Below the pieces are notes generated by a model. The model was not told the DNA's origin. It searched no databases and saw only the letters and a list, made by a program, of their open reading frames with translations. Below are positions 50,182 through 60,479 of a stretch of DNA of 64,000 nucleotides, one piece after another (position 1 is the stretch's first letter; each line of letters opens with the position of its first letter). Position numbers and translations under genes: made by a program. The stretch comes from Deltaproteobacteria bacterium (lineage in GTDB: Bacteria > Myxococcota > Kuafuiibacteriia > Kuafuiibacteriales > Kuafuiibacteriaceae), in assembly GCA_040218735.1 (NCBI GenBank), contig JAVJQW010000057.1:288001-352000 (forward strand), in the 5' to 3' direction.

Positions 50182-51125
50182 CACGCGTCCAGCGGGAAGT
50201 GGCAGCGAACGGCGCCTTCCAGGGCGGGCGCGTCGGTCTCGCACTTCGCTTCCTTCTTCGAGCAACGCGGGTGGAAGCGACACGCCTTCGGCAGTTGATC
50301 GAGGTCCGGTACCGAGCCGGGGATCGGCTTCAGCGGGCGGTCGGGGCCCGCGGGCACCGAGTCGAGGAGCCCGCGTGTGTACGGGTGCCTCGGCGTGGTG
50401 AACAGCGCGTTCGGCTCGGCCTCCTCGATGATCTGACCGGCGTACATGACGACGACGCGATCGCAGGTCTCGGCGACCACCGCGAGATCGTGCGTGATCA
50501 GGAGGACACCCATCTTTCGCTCCTCACGGAGTCGGGCGATCAGCTCGAGGATCTGAGCCTGGATGGTGACGTCGAGGGCGGTCGTGGGTTCGTCGGCGAC
50601 GAGGACGTCCGGCTTCATCGACAACGCCATCGCGATCATCACGCGCTGCCGCATCCCGCCCGAGAGCTGGTGGGGGTAGTCGTCGATGCGGCGCTCGGGA
50701 TCCGGGATGCCGACCTCGCGGAGCAGCTCCACCGTTCGGTCGCGGCGCTCGCGGCGTGACACCTTCTCGTGCGCGGCGATCGCCTCCATGATCTGGTAGC
50801 CGATCGACAGCACCGGGTTCAGCGCCGACATCGGCTCCTGGAAGATCATCGCGATCCGTCCGCCGCGCACCTGCCGCAACGCGGGCGGCGCCATCTTCAG
50901 GACGTCGTCCCCGTCGAGGAGCACCTGCCCCGCGACGTGCGCGGGCGGCTCCGGGAGGAGGCGGAGCAACGACTTCGCCGTGACCGACTTGCCGCAACCC
51001 GACTCCCCGACGAGCCCGACGGTCTCACTACGGTCGACCGCGAACGAGACGCCATCGACCGCCGTCAAGCGACCGCGCCGGGTCTCGAACCCGACGACGA
51101 GATCTCGAACCTCGAGCAGCGCCAC
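50181..51125 (-). CDS. oligopeptide-family ABC ATPase (OppD/DppD-like)
   Basis: [33 protein letters not shown]...C C-terminal cluster. Confidence 0.93.
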   Translation of the reverse strand: MALLEVRDLVVGFETRRGRLTAVDGVSFAVDRSETVGLVGESGCGKSVTAKSLLRLLPEPPAHVAGQVLLDGDDVLKMAPPALRQVRGGRIAMIFQEPMSALNPVLSIGYQIMEAIAAHEKVSRRERRDRTVELLREVGIPDPERRIDDYPHQLSGGMRQRVMIAMALSMKPDVLVADEPTTALDVTIQAQILELIARLREERKMGVLLITHDLAVVAETCDRVVVMYAGQIIEEAEPNALFTTPRHPYTRGLLDSVPAGPDRPLKPIPGSVPDLDQLPKACRFHPRCSKKEAKCETDAPALEGAVRCHFPLDA

Positions 51126-51146
51126 GCGCGGGGGAGCATAGCAGCT

Positions 51147-51956
51147 TCACTCGCAGAGGCTCGTGCCCCACAGCGTCTCGCCGCACTTCACCTCGGTGAT
51201 GCGTCCGTCGCGCTGCCTGAAGTGCACCCGGCAGCGCATCGTGTCGCCGTCCATGGTGACCGTGACCTCGTCGCCGCGCACCTCGTAGCGACCGGCGGTG
51301 CTCGGGTCGAACTGGTTGCCGGCCGCCGCGCTCCAGCTACCACCGACGAAGTTGCCGCCGCCGACCAGCTCGCTGCCGTAGGTCACGTGCCCGCGACCGT
51401 CGAACGTGACGCGCTGGGTACGGCCCATCTCGCTGTTCCCCGAGTGGGTGCAGAGCGCGCCCTTCAACAGCGCGGCGCCCGAGGGACGGGGCGCGAGCTT
51501 CGCGGAGCGTGCGATCGCGTCGAGCCGCTTCGCCAGCCCGCCGAACGCCTTGGGCGCCGCCAGCGCGAGGACCGCGAGCGCCCCGCCCTTCGGCGCGAGG
51601 ACGGCGACGATGCGACCGCGGAGCGCGCCGCCCTGCCCATCGGTGCCTTCGAGATCCACGAACAGCGTGCGCAACCGCTTGGACGCGTGAACACGCACGT
51701 CACCTCGGGGCCGGAGCGTCACGCCGCCCTCCGACAGCCCCTCCTTGGCGTCGCTGCGCAACGAAGCCTCGGTCGCGGACGGATCGACCCACAGCGCGAC
51801 CAGGCCCGGCTCCTGGGCGTGACCGAGCACCACCCGGTCGCCCTGGCGCTGCGCGTTCCAGCCGGCCGGTGTGTTCACGGTCCAGCCGCCGATTTCGACC
51901 TCGGCGGCCTGCGCCGATCCGGCGAGACAGAGGGACACGAGCGCGATCCACTTCAT
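51147..51956 (-). CDS. secreted hypothetical protein
   Basis: Signal peptide AQA-A, and TACGAT 6 nt before the ATG. Confidence 0.75.
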   Translation of the reverse strand: MKWIALVSLCLAGSAQAAEVEIGGWTVNTPAGWNAQRQGDRVVLGHAQEPGLVALWVDPSATEASLRSDAKEGLSEGGVTLRPRGDVRVHASKRLRTLFVDLEGTDGQGGALRGRIVAVLAPKGGALAVLALAAPKAFGGLAKRLDAIARSAKLAPRPSGAALLKGALCTHSGNSEMGRTQRVTFDGRGHVTYGSELVGGGNFVGGSWSAAAGNQFDPSTAGRYEVRGDEVTVTMDGDTMRCRVHFRQRDGRITEVKCGETLWGTSLCE

Positions 51957-52108
51957 GCGCGCATCGTAGTGCAGAGCGCGTGCCGAAACGAACGACGCGC
52001 GGATGCCGCCCACTGCGCTTCGACGACGGCCCGACCGGCGACGTGTGCCGGCAGGTGCTGCCGGTCACCTCCGTTGTGACCGCGGATACGGGCTGCTCTA
52101 ATCGCGCC

Positions 52109-53296
52109 GTGCGCTGCCTCCGCCGAACCGGACTCGCCTTCTTCGCGGTCGCGCTCGTCGCCGGGTGCTCCGCGGACCGCGAGGACCTGGGTGACGACGA
52201 CGGCACCCCGCGCGACGGCGGTGCCGTCTCCCGCGACGGCGGTGAGGTCCGGGACGCAGGGCCGCGCGACGGCGGCGTCGAGCCCGACGGCGGCGTCGAG
52301 CCCGACGGCGGTGATGAGCCGGACGGCGGGCGTGACGGCGGCGAGCCGCGCGATGGCGGACGCGACGGCGGAGCGCCGCGCGACGGTGGACGCGACGGCG
52401 GCGTTCGCGACGGCGGCGGCGTGCCGACGCAGTGTTCGGTCGACCAGGACTGCCCCAGCGGCAACGTCTGTAACTTCGCGACGACCCCGCGCAGCTGCGT
52501 GCCCGGGCGCGCGTGCACTTCGAACGCGGACTGCGACATCTGCTCGGACATCAACCCGATGCAGCGACTCGACTGCGGCCAGGGCATCTACGTGACCGCA
52601 ACCTGCGACGCCGCGCACGGGTCGGTGTGCGTGCGCGGACGCGGCCTCTGCGAGCCGTGCCAGACCGACGCCGAGTGCGGACGCCTGCACCCGATCTTCG
52701 GCGGCGGGACGAAGTCGTGCGTCGTCTACCCCGACGGCAACCGCTACTGCACACGCCCGTGCCCCAACTGCCCCGACGGGATGGTGTGTGATTCCAGCTC
52801 GAACCTCTGCACGCGGTTCTCCGGCTGCGGGGCGATGCCGATCTACTGCCCGCTGAATCCGAACCCAGCGTCGACCTGCGGCAGCGGCCAGATCTGCGAG
52901 GGGGAGACCTGCCCGAACACCGGCGGCGCGCGCTGCGCGACGAACAACCAACCCGGAGAGATCGGGCTCTGCCTCGGCTTCTGCACCCAAGACGCCGACT
53001 GCCCCGCGACGCTCCCGATCTGCAACCTCGCCAACGGCAACTGCATCGCGGGCTGCACCCCCGCGAGCTGCCCGTCGAGCCAGGTCTGCCACGCCGACGG
53101 GTACTGCCGCCCGCCGTGCAGCACGGACGCGGACTGCACCGCGGCCGAGTTCTGCAACGTGCCCGGCGGCGTCGGCCCCCGCGCGTTCAAGAGTTACCGC
53201 GACACCAACGCGTGCGCGCCGCTCGGCTGCGAGCGGCCTGCGGACTGCCCCGGCGGGACTTGCGACACGACGCAGTCCCCGCCCGCCTGCATCTGA
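52109..53296 (+). CDS. Cys-rich lipoprotein with RDGG linker
   Basis: VAG-C lipobox, RDGG/PDGG repeats, many C.xDADC disulfide modules. Confidence 0.8.
   Translation: MRCLRRTGLAFFAVALVAGCSADREDLGDDDGTPRDGGAVSRDGGEVRDAGPRDGGVEPDGGVEPDGGDEPDGGRDGGEPRDGGRDGGAPRDGGRDGGVRDGGGVPTQCSVDQDCPSGNVCNFATTPRSCVPGRACTSNADCDICSDINPMQRLDCGQGIYVTATCDAAHGSVCVRGRGLCEPCQTDAECGRLHPIFGGGTKSCVVYPDGNRYCTRPCPNCPDGMVCDSSSNLCTRFSGCGAMPIYCPLNPNPASTCGSGQICEGETCPNTGGARCATNNQPGEIGLCLGFCTQDADCPATLPICNLANGNCIAGCTPASCPSSQVCHADGYCRPPCSTDADCTAAEFCNVPGGVGPRAFKSYRDTNACAPLGCERPADCPGGTCDTTQSPPACI
52191..52420 (+). repeat. GACGGCGG-based (DGG) coding repeat
   Basis: More than ten DGG/DAG units in the lipoprotein linker. Confidence 0.75.
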
Positions 53297-53300
53297 CGGC

Positions 53301-54317
53301 TCAGAGATCCCGCAGCGTCCGCGCCATGTCCTCCAACAGCGCGCGGCCCTCGGGGAAGAGCGCGGCGAAGGACATGAAGCCGTGGAACATCGTCGGGTAG
53401 TGCTGGTGCGCGACGTCGACGTTCGCTTCGCGGAGGCGCTTCGCGTACGCCTCACCCTCGTCCCAGAGCGGATCGAACCCCGCGGTGACGATCTTCGTCC
53501 GGCACAGGCCGGTGAGGTCCTCGCGCCGGAGCGGTGAGGCCATCGGGTCGCGCACCTTCTCGCGGTCGTCGACGAGGTGACGACCGAACCAATCCAGGAG
53601 ATCGGAGCCGAGCAACAAGTCCATCGACGGGAGGTCGCGGAAGGACTGCGTGTCGTGGAGCAGATCGGTCGCGGGGTAGACGAGATACTGAAACGAAAGC
53701 GGCGCCCCGATCTCCTGGGCGTGCTGCGCGGCGGACGCGGCGAGGTTGCCCCCGGCGCTGTCCCCAGCGACCATCCACGCCGACGGAGCACCGATCGCCG
53801 GCGTGCCCGCGATCGCGGCCTCGAGCACACGACGCGCGTCGAGGTGCGCCGCCGGGTACGGGTGCTCGGGCGCGAGCCGGTACTCGACGGAGACCACGGT
53901 CGCGCGCGCCGCCTTGGCGATGTAGCGACACACCCGGTCGTACGTCTGAATCGAGCCGACGACGAAGCCGCCGCCGTGAAAGAACAACATCGCGGGCGCG
54001 TCCGCCGAGCCGCCGCGGTAGAGGCGTACGGGGAGATCGGCGAGCGTCGTGTCGGCGATCGGAACCTCGACGTGCTCGACCTCGAACGGCCCGCCCAACG
54101 TTGCAGCCGCCTGACGTGCGCGCGGCGGCTCCATCTCGTGCAGACCGGCGCGGCCGCTTCGTTTGAAGAGACCGAACATCAGGTGGGCGGTGGGATCGAG
54201 CGTGGCCGACCGGTACGTCTTGCGCCGGGTGGAGAGCAGGAGGTCCAGCACCGTCGGCGGCACGCCGAGCAGCTGCCGCGCGATCGAGAGCTGAACCTGG
54301 TCGGCGATCCGGGACAT
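53301..54317 (-). CDS. HSL-family esterase/lipase (alpha/beta hydrolase)
   Basis: HGGGF, YRLAPEHPYPAA, GDSAGG, FDPL, HGF. Confidence 0.92.
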   Translation of the reverse strand: MSRIADQVQLSIARQLLGVPPTVLDLLLSTRRKTYRSATLDPTAHLMFGLFKRSGRAGLHEMEPPRARQAAATLGGPFEVEHVEVPIADTTLADLPVRLYRGGSADAPAMLFFHGGGFVVGSIQTYDRVCRYIAKAARATVVSVEYRLAPEHPYPAAHLDARRVLEAAIAGTPAIGAPSAWMVAGDSAGGNLAASAAQHAQEIGAPLSFQYLVYPATDLLHDTQSFRDLPSMDLLLGSDLLDWFGRHLVDDREKVRDPMASPLRREDLTGLCRTKIVTAGFDPLWDEGEAYAKRLREANVDVAHQHYPTMFHGFMSFAALFPEGRALLEDMARTLRDL

Positions 54318-54352
54318 CAAGCGATCGGTACCACGTTGGACCTCTCGCTGCG

Positions 54353-55186
54353 TCAGGAAGCCTTCGGATCCAGCGCGTCCTGCAGGGCGTCGCTGAACAC
54401 GTTGAACGCGAGGACCAGTCCGAACATCGCGACGGAGGCGGCGCCGATCTGCCAGAAGAAGCCGTTGATGAGCTCGCCGCGCGACTGGTTGATCATCGTG
54501 CCCCAGCTCGGCTCCCCCTGAACGCCGAGGCCGAGGTACGAGAGGATGACCTCGGACTTGATCGCGCCGACGAACGCGAGCGCGAAGCTCACCAGCGCGA
54601 GGTGGAGGGTGTTCGGGACGACGTGCGCGACGAGGATGCGCAGCGGTCCGTACCCCAACGCACGCGCGGCCTCCACGTATTGCGCCTCTCGGATCTTGGC
54701 GGCTTCCCCACGGACGACGCGGCACGGGCCGACCCAGAACGTCGCGCAGAACGCGAGGTACACGCCGAAGAGCCCGCGTCCTGCGACGTACGCGATGGCG
54801 ACCAGGAGGAGGATCGACGGGACGGACTGCACGGTCGAGTAGAGCCACACGATCGCGGCGTCGACCTTGCCGCCGAAGTACCCCGCGACAGCGCCGAGGG
54901 CCGTCCCGATCGTGACGGAGACCGTCGCGGTGACGAGGCCGACGGAGAACGCGATCTTCGTGGAGAACAGCGCGCGCGCGAGGATGTCGCGGCCCTGTCG
55001 ATCCGTGCCGAGCCAGTGGCCGGGGCCCGGTGCGAGGAAACGCTCGCCGACGCGTGCGTTGACATCGGTGGCGAGGACACCGCTCGCGACGAGCAACGCG
55101 ACCGCGGCGTAGACCGCGATGACGACGAGGCACAGGAGCGCGCCGCGGTCGCCGCGCAGGCGCGTGATGACGGAGCGCCCGATCAC
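54353..55186 (-). CDS. ABC transporter permease (OppC-like)
   Basis: HWLGTDRQGRD, YVEAARALG, LSYLGLG..PSWG. Confidence 0.92.
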   Translation of the reverse strand: MIGRSVITRLRGDRGALLCLVVIAVYAAVALLVASGVLATDVNARVGERFLAPGPGHWLGTDRQGRDILARALFSTKIAFSVGLVTATVSVTIGTALGAVAGYFGGKVDAAIVWLYSTVQSVPSILLLVAIAYVAGRGLFGVYLAFCATFWVGPCRVVRGEAAKIREAQYVEAARALGYGPLRILVAHVVPNTLHLALVSFALAFVGAIKSEVILSYLGLGVQGEPSWGTMINQSRGELINGFFWQIGAASVAMFGLVLAFNVFSDALQDALDPKAS

Positions 55187-56118
55187 GACAGACGGATCCT
55201 CGGGTCGACCCACGCGTAGAAGACGTCGGTGAGCACGTTGGTGAGGACGAACAGCACGGAGACCAGCACCGTGTAGGCCTTGATGATCGGGAAGTCGGCG
55301 CGGTCGAGGGCTTCGAGGAGCGTGCCGCCGAGCCCAGGGATTCCGAAGAAGGACTCGAGGAGGAGCGAGCCCGTGACGAGGAACGGGACGGAGATCATCA
55401 CGCGGGTGACGATCGGGACCATCGCGTTCTTGAGCACGTGGACGAACAGCACGCGGCCGGCGCCGAGACCCTTCGCGTAGGCGGTCGTGATGTGCTCCTT
55501 GTCGACCTCCTCGGCGATCGCGCTGCGGTAGAACCTCGAGTCGTAGCCCATCCCGACCACGACGAGGATGAGGATGGGCAGCGCGAGGTATGGCCACCGC
55601 TCGACGAGCCCGGGGCGGTATCCATGGATCTGGAACAGCGGCCATTCGAAGGCGAGCAGGTACTGCCCGACCACGATGTAGACGAGGAAGCTCACGCTCA
55701 TCCCGACGACGGCGAGCACCATGAGGCCCCGGTCGATGGCACGTCCGCGGAAGCGCGCGGCGACGAGGCCGATCGAGACCGAGAGGATGGTCGTGGCGAA
55801 CAACGCAGGGACCGTCAGCGACAACGACGGCCCGACCCCGCGCAAGAGGACTTGCGACACCGGCTCACGCGTCGTGAACGACCGACCGAAGTCGAGCGTG
55901 AGGATCTCCCGCAGGTAGGCGAGATACTGAATATAGAGGGGTCGGTCGAGGCCGTACTCGCGTTCCAACGCGGCGATCTCGTCGGGTGTCGCGTGTTTGC
56001 CGAGGAACTCGAGCACCGGGTCGCCGCCGAACACGTAGAACAGGAAGAACGTGATGAGCGTGACGCCGAGGATGATCGGCACGCCCTCCAGCAGCCGGCG
56101 AGCGACGAAACGAGTCAT
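55183..56118 (-). CDS. ABC transporter permease (OppB-like)
   Basis: YGLDRPL..QY, DFGRS, TAYAKGL, ESFFGIPGLG, DPRI. Confidence 0.92.
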   Translation of the reverse strand: MTRFVARRLLEGVPIILGVTLITFFLFYVFGGDPVLEFLGKHATPDEIAALEREYGLDRPLYIQYLAYLREILTLDFGRSFTTREPVSQVLLRGVGPSLSLTVPALFATTILSVSIGLVAARFRGRAIDRGLMVLAVVGMSVSFLVYIVVGQYLLAFEWPLFQIHGYRPGLVERWPYLALPILILVVVGMGYDSRFYRSAIAEEVDKEHITTAYAKGLGAGRVLFVHVLKNAMVPIVTRVMISVPFLVTGSLLLESFFGIPGLGGTLLEALDRADFPIIKAYTVLVSVLFVLTNVLTDVFYAWVDPRIRLS

Positions 56119-57794
56119 CGCGCCCGTGGCTCCACGTCGACGTACTTGAGCCACGTCCACCACGTCTCGTTGGGGACGAAGCGCGACACGCGGCGGTTCT
56201 GCGCGTAGTAGCGCTGGCGCGCGAAGGCCCCCATAAACGGTGCGTCTTCGATCACGAGGTCCCGCATCTCGGTGTACAGGCGCGTACGCTCGTCGGAGGG
56301 CGGCATGACCCGCGCGCGTTCGTAGAGGCGGTCGTAGGCGTCGCGTCGGTAGTTGAAGTGGTTGCTTCCAGGTGCGGCGTTCGGGCCGTAGAACATCGCG
56401 AGGTTGTTCTCGGCGTCCGGATAGTCGGAGCCCCAGGCGAGCGAGAAGACCTGAGCCTTCTTGTCGCGGATGCGCCGCGACAGCTCCGGGAAGCTGAACA
56501 GCTTCACGTCGACGTCGACGCCGATCTTCGACCATTGACGACGGATCATCTCCGCCTGCTCGGGGGAGGATCCGCCACGGTAGAAGTTCAGCTCGATCGG
56601 CGGCAGACCGCGGCCGCCCGGGTAGCCGGCCTCGGCGAGGAGCTTCTTCGCGAGCGCGAGGTTCGGACCGCGGTAGGGCTCGCGCAGCGCATCGTCGTGA
56701 CCGGCGAGCCCCGGCGGGATCGGGCCGGCGTACGCGGTGATCGCACCGTCGTAGAAAGCTCGACCGATCTCTTCGACGTCGTAGGCCGCGGCGAGCGCCT
56801 TGCGGACCAGCTTCCCCTTCTCGAAGCCGCCGACGACCGGGTCCTCCATGTTGAAGCCGCGGAAGACGAAGTCGAGTTTGTCGTACTGGAACATCGATAC
56901 GCCGTCTTCGACGAACGCCTCACGTAGGCCCTTGTCGCGATCGAACAGCGCCGGTTGGTAGTCGAACGGCACGATGATCACGTCGAGATCGCGCACGCGC
57001 CACTTCAGCCACATCGGCTGCTCCTGCGGGAAGATGTGGAGACGAACGCCGTCGAGCGCGACCTGTTCGTGACGGCTCGGCCGCCGTGTGAAGTCGAGCT
57101 CGACGCCCGGCGCCCAGCGATTCAGCTGGAACGGCCCGGAGCCGATCGCGAGGCGAGGAAACGCTTCACCGGCGTGCTCGACGACCTCGCGCGGAACGAC
57201 CGCCGTGTACGCCATGGCGAGGATGTAGAGGAGCTGCGGGTACGGGTGGGTGAGGTGGATCGAGAAGCGCCTCGCGTCGTGGATCTCGAGCCCCTCCACC
57301 GGTGCGTCGTAGTCGAACTTCGGCGCGGCGTTCTGCGCCTCCTTGTAGTCGTCGAAGCCGACGATGCGGTCCGCGAAGATCCACCACCCCTTCGGCGCGT
57401 TCTTCGCGTCCGCCATCCGCTTGAACGCGTAGACGACGTCGGTGGACGTGACGGTGCGCCCGACGCCATCGGCGAACGCTTCGTGGTCCGAGAACTTCGC
57501 GTCGTCGCGCAGCGTGAACGTGTACGTGCGTAGGTCTTCGCTCACCTCGGGCATCGCGGCGAGGAGCAGCGGGCGGAGCACGAGCGGGCGCGCCTCGTAG
57601 TCGTACTGGAGCAGCGGTTCGTAGACGAGCCCCTGCGCGATGCTGGAGGCCTCGTCGGAGGCGTGCACGGGGTCGAGCGAAGCGACCTCCGAGCGTACGC
57701 CGAAGTGGAGGATCTTCTTCCCGACCTCGGCGGAGTCGACGCGCTTGCACGCCGTCGCGGCGAGAAGCGCGGACAGCCAGAGGGCGCGCCTCAT
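56115..57794 (-). CDS. ABC substrate-binding lipoprotein, family 5 (OppA-like)
   Basis: ATA-C lipobox, SLDP, YEPLLQY, IGSGPF, WGSDYPD. True start at 57794. Confidence 0.9.
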   Translation of the reverse strand: MRRALWLSALLAATACKRVDSAEVGKKILHFGVRSEVASLDPVHASDEASSIAQGLVYEPLLQYDYEARPLVLRPLLLAAMPEVSEDLRTYTFTLRDDAKFSDHEAFADGVGRTVTSTDVVYAFKRMADAKNAPKGWWIFADRIVGFDDYKEAQNAAPKFDYDAPVEGLEIHDARRFSIHLTHPYPQLLYILAMAYTAVVPREVVEHAGEAFPRLAIGSGPFQLNRWAPGVELDFTRRPSRHEQVALDGVRLHIFPQEQPMWLKWRVRDLDVIIVPFDYQPALFDRDKGLREAFVEDGVSMFQYDKLDFVFRGFNMEDPVVGGFEKGKLVRKALAAAYDVEEIGRAFYDGAITAYAGPIPPGLAGHDDALREPYRGPNLALAKKLLAEAGYPGGRGLPPIELNFYRGGSSPEQAEMIRRQWSKIGVDVDVKLFSFPELSRRIRDKKAQVFSLAWGSDYPDAENNLAMFYGPNAAPGSNHFNYRRDAYDRLYERARVMPPSDERTRLYTEMRDLVIEDAPFMGAFARQRYYAQNRRVSRFVPNETWWTWLKYVDVEPRAR

Positions 57795-60439
57795 GGCCCG
57801 CGTGCGAGGACCTTGATCTGATCGATGTTCACGCGGAAGAACGCGCCGGTCGAGCCGCCCGATCCTCCGGTGTACCGCTCGAAGAACCGACGCTCGGACA
57901 TGTTCACCGCGAAGGCGTCCATGTCGACGACGATACGATAGGTCTCGCCGGCCTGCAGCTGGGCGGCCACGAAAGACCCGTCGCGCCACACGCTCCAGTC
58001 CCCGAGGTGCGGCATCACCGCGTACCCTTCGGCGACCGGCGCGCCCGCCATCGTCTCGACGCGCACGCGTTTGATACCGCACGTGATGCCGGTGTCGACC
58101 GGCCCCGCGCCGTTGCCCGCGGAGAGCTGCACGAGGTGCTCGCCGCTGCGGGCCGCGGTGTACGTGGCCTCGAGGGAGTGGCCCGAATCGCCCCACGCTT
58201 CGTAGTGCGAGCGGCCGTGGTTGAAGACGAGTGAGCCACCGACCGCCGTGAACGCGTTTGCGTCGATCGACGCGGTGCGCTCGAACGCGGGCCCCCACCA
58301 GCAAGCGGGGTTGCTGCGGTGGGACGCGCGGCCATCCACCACGAGCTCCGCCGTGTAGCAGTGACTGGGGGACGCGGCGGACGTTCCGGGGTCGGTGTAG
58401 CTGGTGTTCGTCCCCGGCAGGCCCGTCGCGACGCGGACACCGTCGCGGTAGATCGACCAGGTCGCCGCGTTCGTTCCGCCCTGGAGCGTGAGCGTCAGCT
58501 CGGGGCTCGCGGCGATCGCCGAGATGCTGGGCGTGGGCGGCGCGAAGATGGCGCCGTCGGTGACGAGGCGGAGGGCTCCGTTCGTGGCGCCGTTGTCCTT
58601 GAGGACCACGCTGATGACGTCGCCGTCGGCGGGGACCAGCGGCGGCGCCACCGCCACCCCGTTCACGAGGACCTCTTCGACTTCGAGCATCGCGTCGCCG
58701 TCCTCGACCGACTCGGGGAGCTCGAGCTGCACCGAGAAACGCGCGCCGCGGAAGGGGAGCGCGCTCAGCGCGACGACGCTCGTGCCTTCGAACCAGGTCC
58801 GTCGCAGCGCCCGCGTGAGGCCTGGCGCGAAGTCGAGGCCGCCGTCGACGGGCGTGACGCCGAAGACCGTCTCGTGCACGAGTGTGAAGAACGCCGCGAC
58901 CGACCACAGCTGACGCTGGGAGTTCACGACGGGCCCCGAGTGACCGCCGTCCTCGACCCACGGGAGGCCGGACTCGACCTCCAGGTTCTCCATGTTCGAC
59001 AGGTTCAGCGCGGCGCCGTCGTATAGCGAAAGCGCGGCGTGGGTAACGACCTCGGCGGCGCCGACCTGCTTCGCCGCGCGCATGCCGTACGCGGTGACGA
59101 ACGGCCAGATCGCTCGGTTGTGATAGATCGGGACCTCGTTCGACTCCGGCCACATCACCGGCGGCCCGCGGACGAGGTGCGGGTAGTTGGTGATCGCCTC
59201 GGTGCGCGCGGCTTCGTCGCCGATGCCCGCGAGCACCGCCAGCGAGGTCCCGAGGAGATCGAACCGACGCGCGGGGGCCGGGTCGAGCGTGGTCGGGATG
59301 TGGCTGGACCACCCGCCGTCCTCGGCGAGCCAGAAGCGCTCGTGGATGCGGGTCGCGAGGGCGTCGGCCCACCCTGCGTAACGCGCGGCGCGTGGATCGT
59401 TGGCGTCGGTCGCGAGCGCGGCGGCGTAGCGGAGGGCTTCGAGGTGCAGGACGTTGGTCGACAGCGCCTTCGACATCGCGATGTGCGCGGTGTCCTGCGC
59501 GGTCCACGGAGCGTAGCTCTGCTCGCGCCAGTCGAGGAAGGAGTGCTCGCCGCGGTAGAGGCCGTCGGCGGCGTCGAACACCGCGACGCGGTCCTGCTCG
59601 ATCGTGTTGGCGATCGCGTCGAGCGCGCGGCCGGCGTGTGCGGTGGGATCCGCGAGGGCGCGGTAGAGCACGCGTGAGCCGAGCGCCCAGGCGACACGAT
59701 CCGTCGACACCGGGTAGCTCCCGCCAGAGCCCGTGTCCTGAACGATTTGGACGTCGCCGCCGCTGCGGTCCGGCGAGAGCTTGAGCTCGAGCGTCGTCTG
59801 CATTCGGGGCGGGTCGACGAGCGCGAGGCCGAGGTCGGCCGCGTACGCGGAGTCGCGGGTCCAGACGAACGTCCACAGGCGGCCGGTCTCGAAACACCCC
59901 GGAGACGGGCAGTCGATCGGGGCACCGCGGTCGAACGCGAAGTCCACGATCTTGTCGACGCTCGCGTCGTGTCGCTCGAGGTGCGCTAGCGCGTAGAGCG
60001 CGTCGAGGAGGACGTCGCCGGAACGAAGAACGGGATCGTTCGCGCTCTCCGCGATCACTCGCGGGTTGCCGTACGGGTGGTCGCGCAGGGGCTGCGTCGT
60101 GCTCAGCGCGTACTGACGTGCGCACGGGTCGTCGCGTTCGATCGTCACCGCTGCGGTGAAGCCGTCGTGGGAGACGTCGCGCGTGGTGACGGCGCCCTGC
60201 GCCGAGAGACATCGAGGGGGCGGTCCTGCGTCGCGACGGCCCCCGTCGCGGAAGCCCGCGTCCGTGCTGACACCTGCGTCGCGCTCGCCGCCGTCGCGGT
60301 CCGGTCCGGCGTCTCGCGTGGTCACCGTGGGTCCGGAGTCTCGCACGCCGGCGTCGTGGGAGGCGGGGGGGTCGACCTCGCCGCCGTTACACGCGACCAG
60401 CGCGACGAGCGCGGCGGCGGCGGCGATGCGAGCGTCCAT
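57791..60439 (-). CDS. six-hairpin glycoside hydrolase lipoprotein (amylo-alpha-1,6-glucosidase-like) with C-terminal beta-sandwich
   Basis: LVA-C lipobox, RDAG linker, WTRDSAY, DTGSGGSYPVSTDR, SFLDWREQSY, YHNRAIWPF, SQRQLWS. Confidence 0.75.
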   Translation of the reverse strand: MDARIAAAAALVALVACNGGEVDPPASHDAGVRDSGPTVTTRDAGPDRDGGERDAGVSTDAGFRDGGRRDAGPPPRCLSAQGAVTTRDVSHDGFTAAVTIERDDPCARQYALSTTQPLRDHPYGNPRVIAESANDPVLRSGDVLLDALYALAHLERHDASVDKIVDFAFDRGAPIDCPSPGCFETGRLWTFVWTRDSAYAADLGLALVDPPRMQTTLELKLSPDRSGGDVQIVQDTGSGGSYPVSTDRVAWALGSRVLYRALADPTAHAGRALDAIANTIEQDRVAVFDAADGLYRGEHSFLDWREQSYAPWTAQDTAHIAMSKALSTNVLHLEALRYAAALATDANDPRAARYAGWADALATRIHERFWLAEDGGWSSHIPTTLDPAPARRFDLLGTSLAVLAGIGDEAARTEAITNYPHLVRGPPVMWPESNEVPIYHNRAIWPFVTAYGMRAAKQVGAAEVVTHAALSLYDGAALNLSNMENLEVESGLPWVEDGGHSGPVVNSQRQLWSVAAFFTLVHETVFGVTPVDGGLDFAPGLTRALRRTWFEGTSVVALSALPFRGARFSVQLELPESVEDGDAMLEVEEVLVNGVAVAPPLVPADGDVISVVLKDNGATNGALRLVTDGAIFAPPTPSISAIAASPELTLTLQGGTNAATWSIYRDGVRVATGLPGTNTSYTDPGTSAASPSHCYTAELVVDGRASHRSNPACWWGPAFERTASIDANAFTAVGGSLVFNHGRSHYEAWGDSGHSLEATYTAARSGEHLVQLSAGNGAGPVDTGITCGIKRVRVETMAGAPVAEGYAVMPHLGDWSVWRDGSFVAAQLQAGETYRIVVDMDAFAVNMSERRFFERYTGGSGGSTGAFFRVNIDQIKVLARGP

Positions 60440-60479
60440 CGCGCCCGTCCTTAGCAGGTCGTCGGACTCGGGGCGTCGG

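Noticed and set aside
56115-60212. 1365-aa ORF suggesting a giant SBP fusion
   Set aside because: The N-terminal ~800 aa is an off-frame overlap with the glycoside hydrolase. The real SBP starts at 57794 with a lipoprotein signal.
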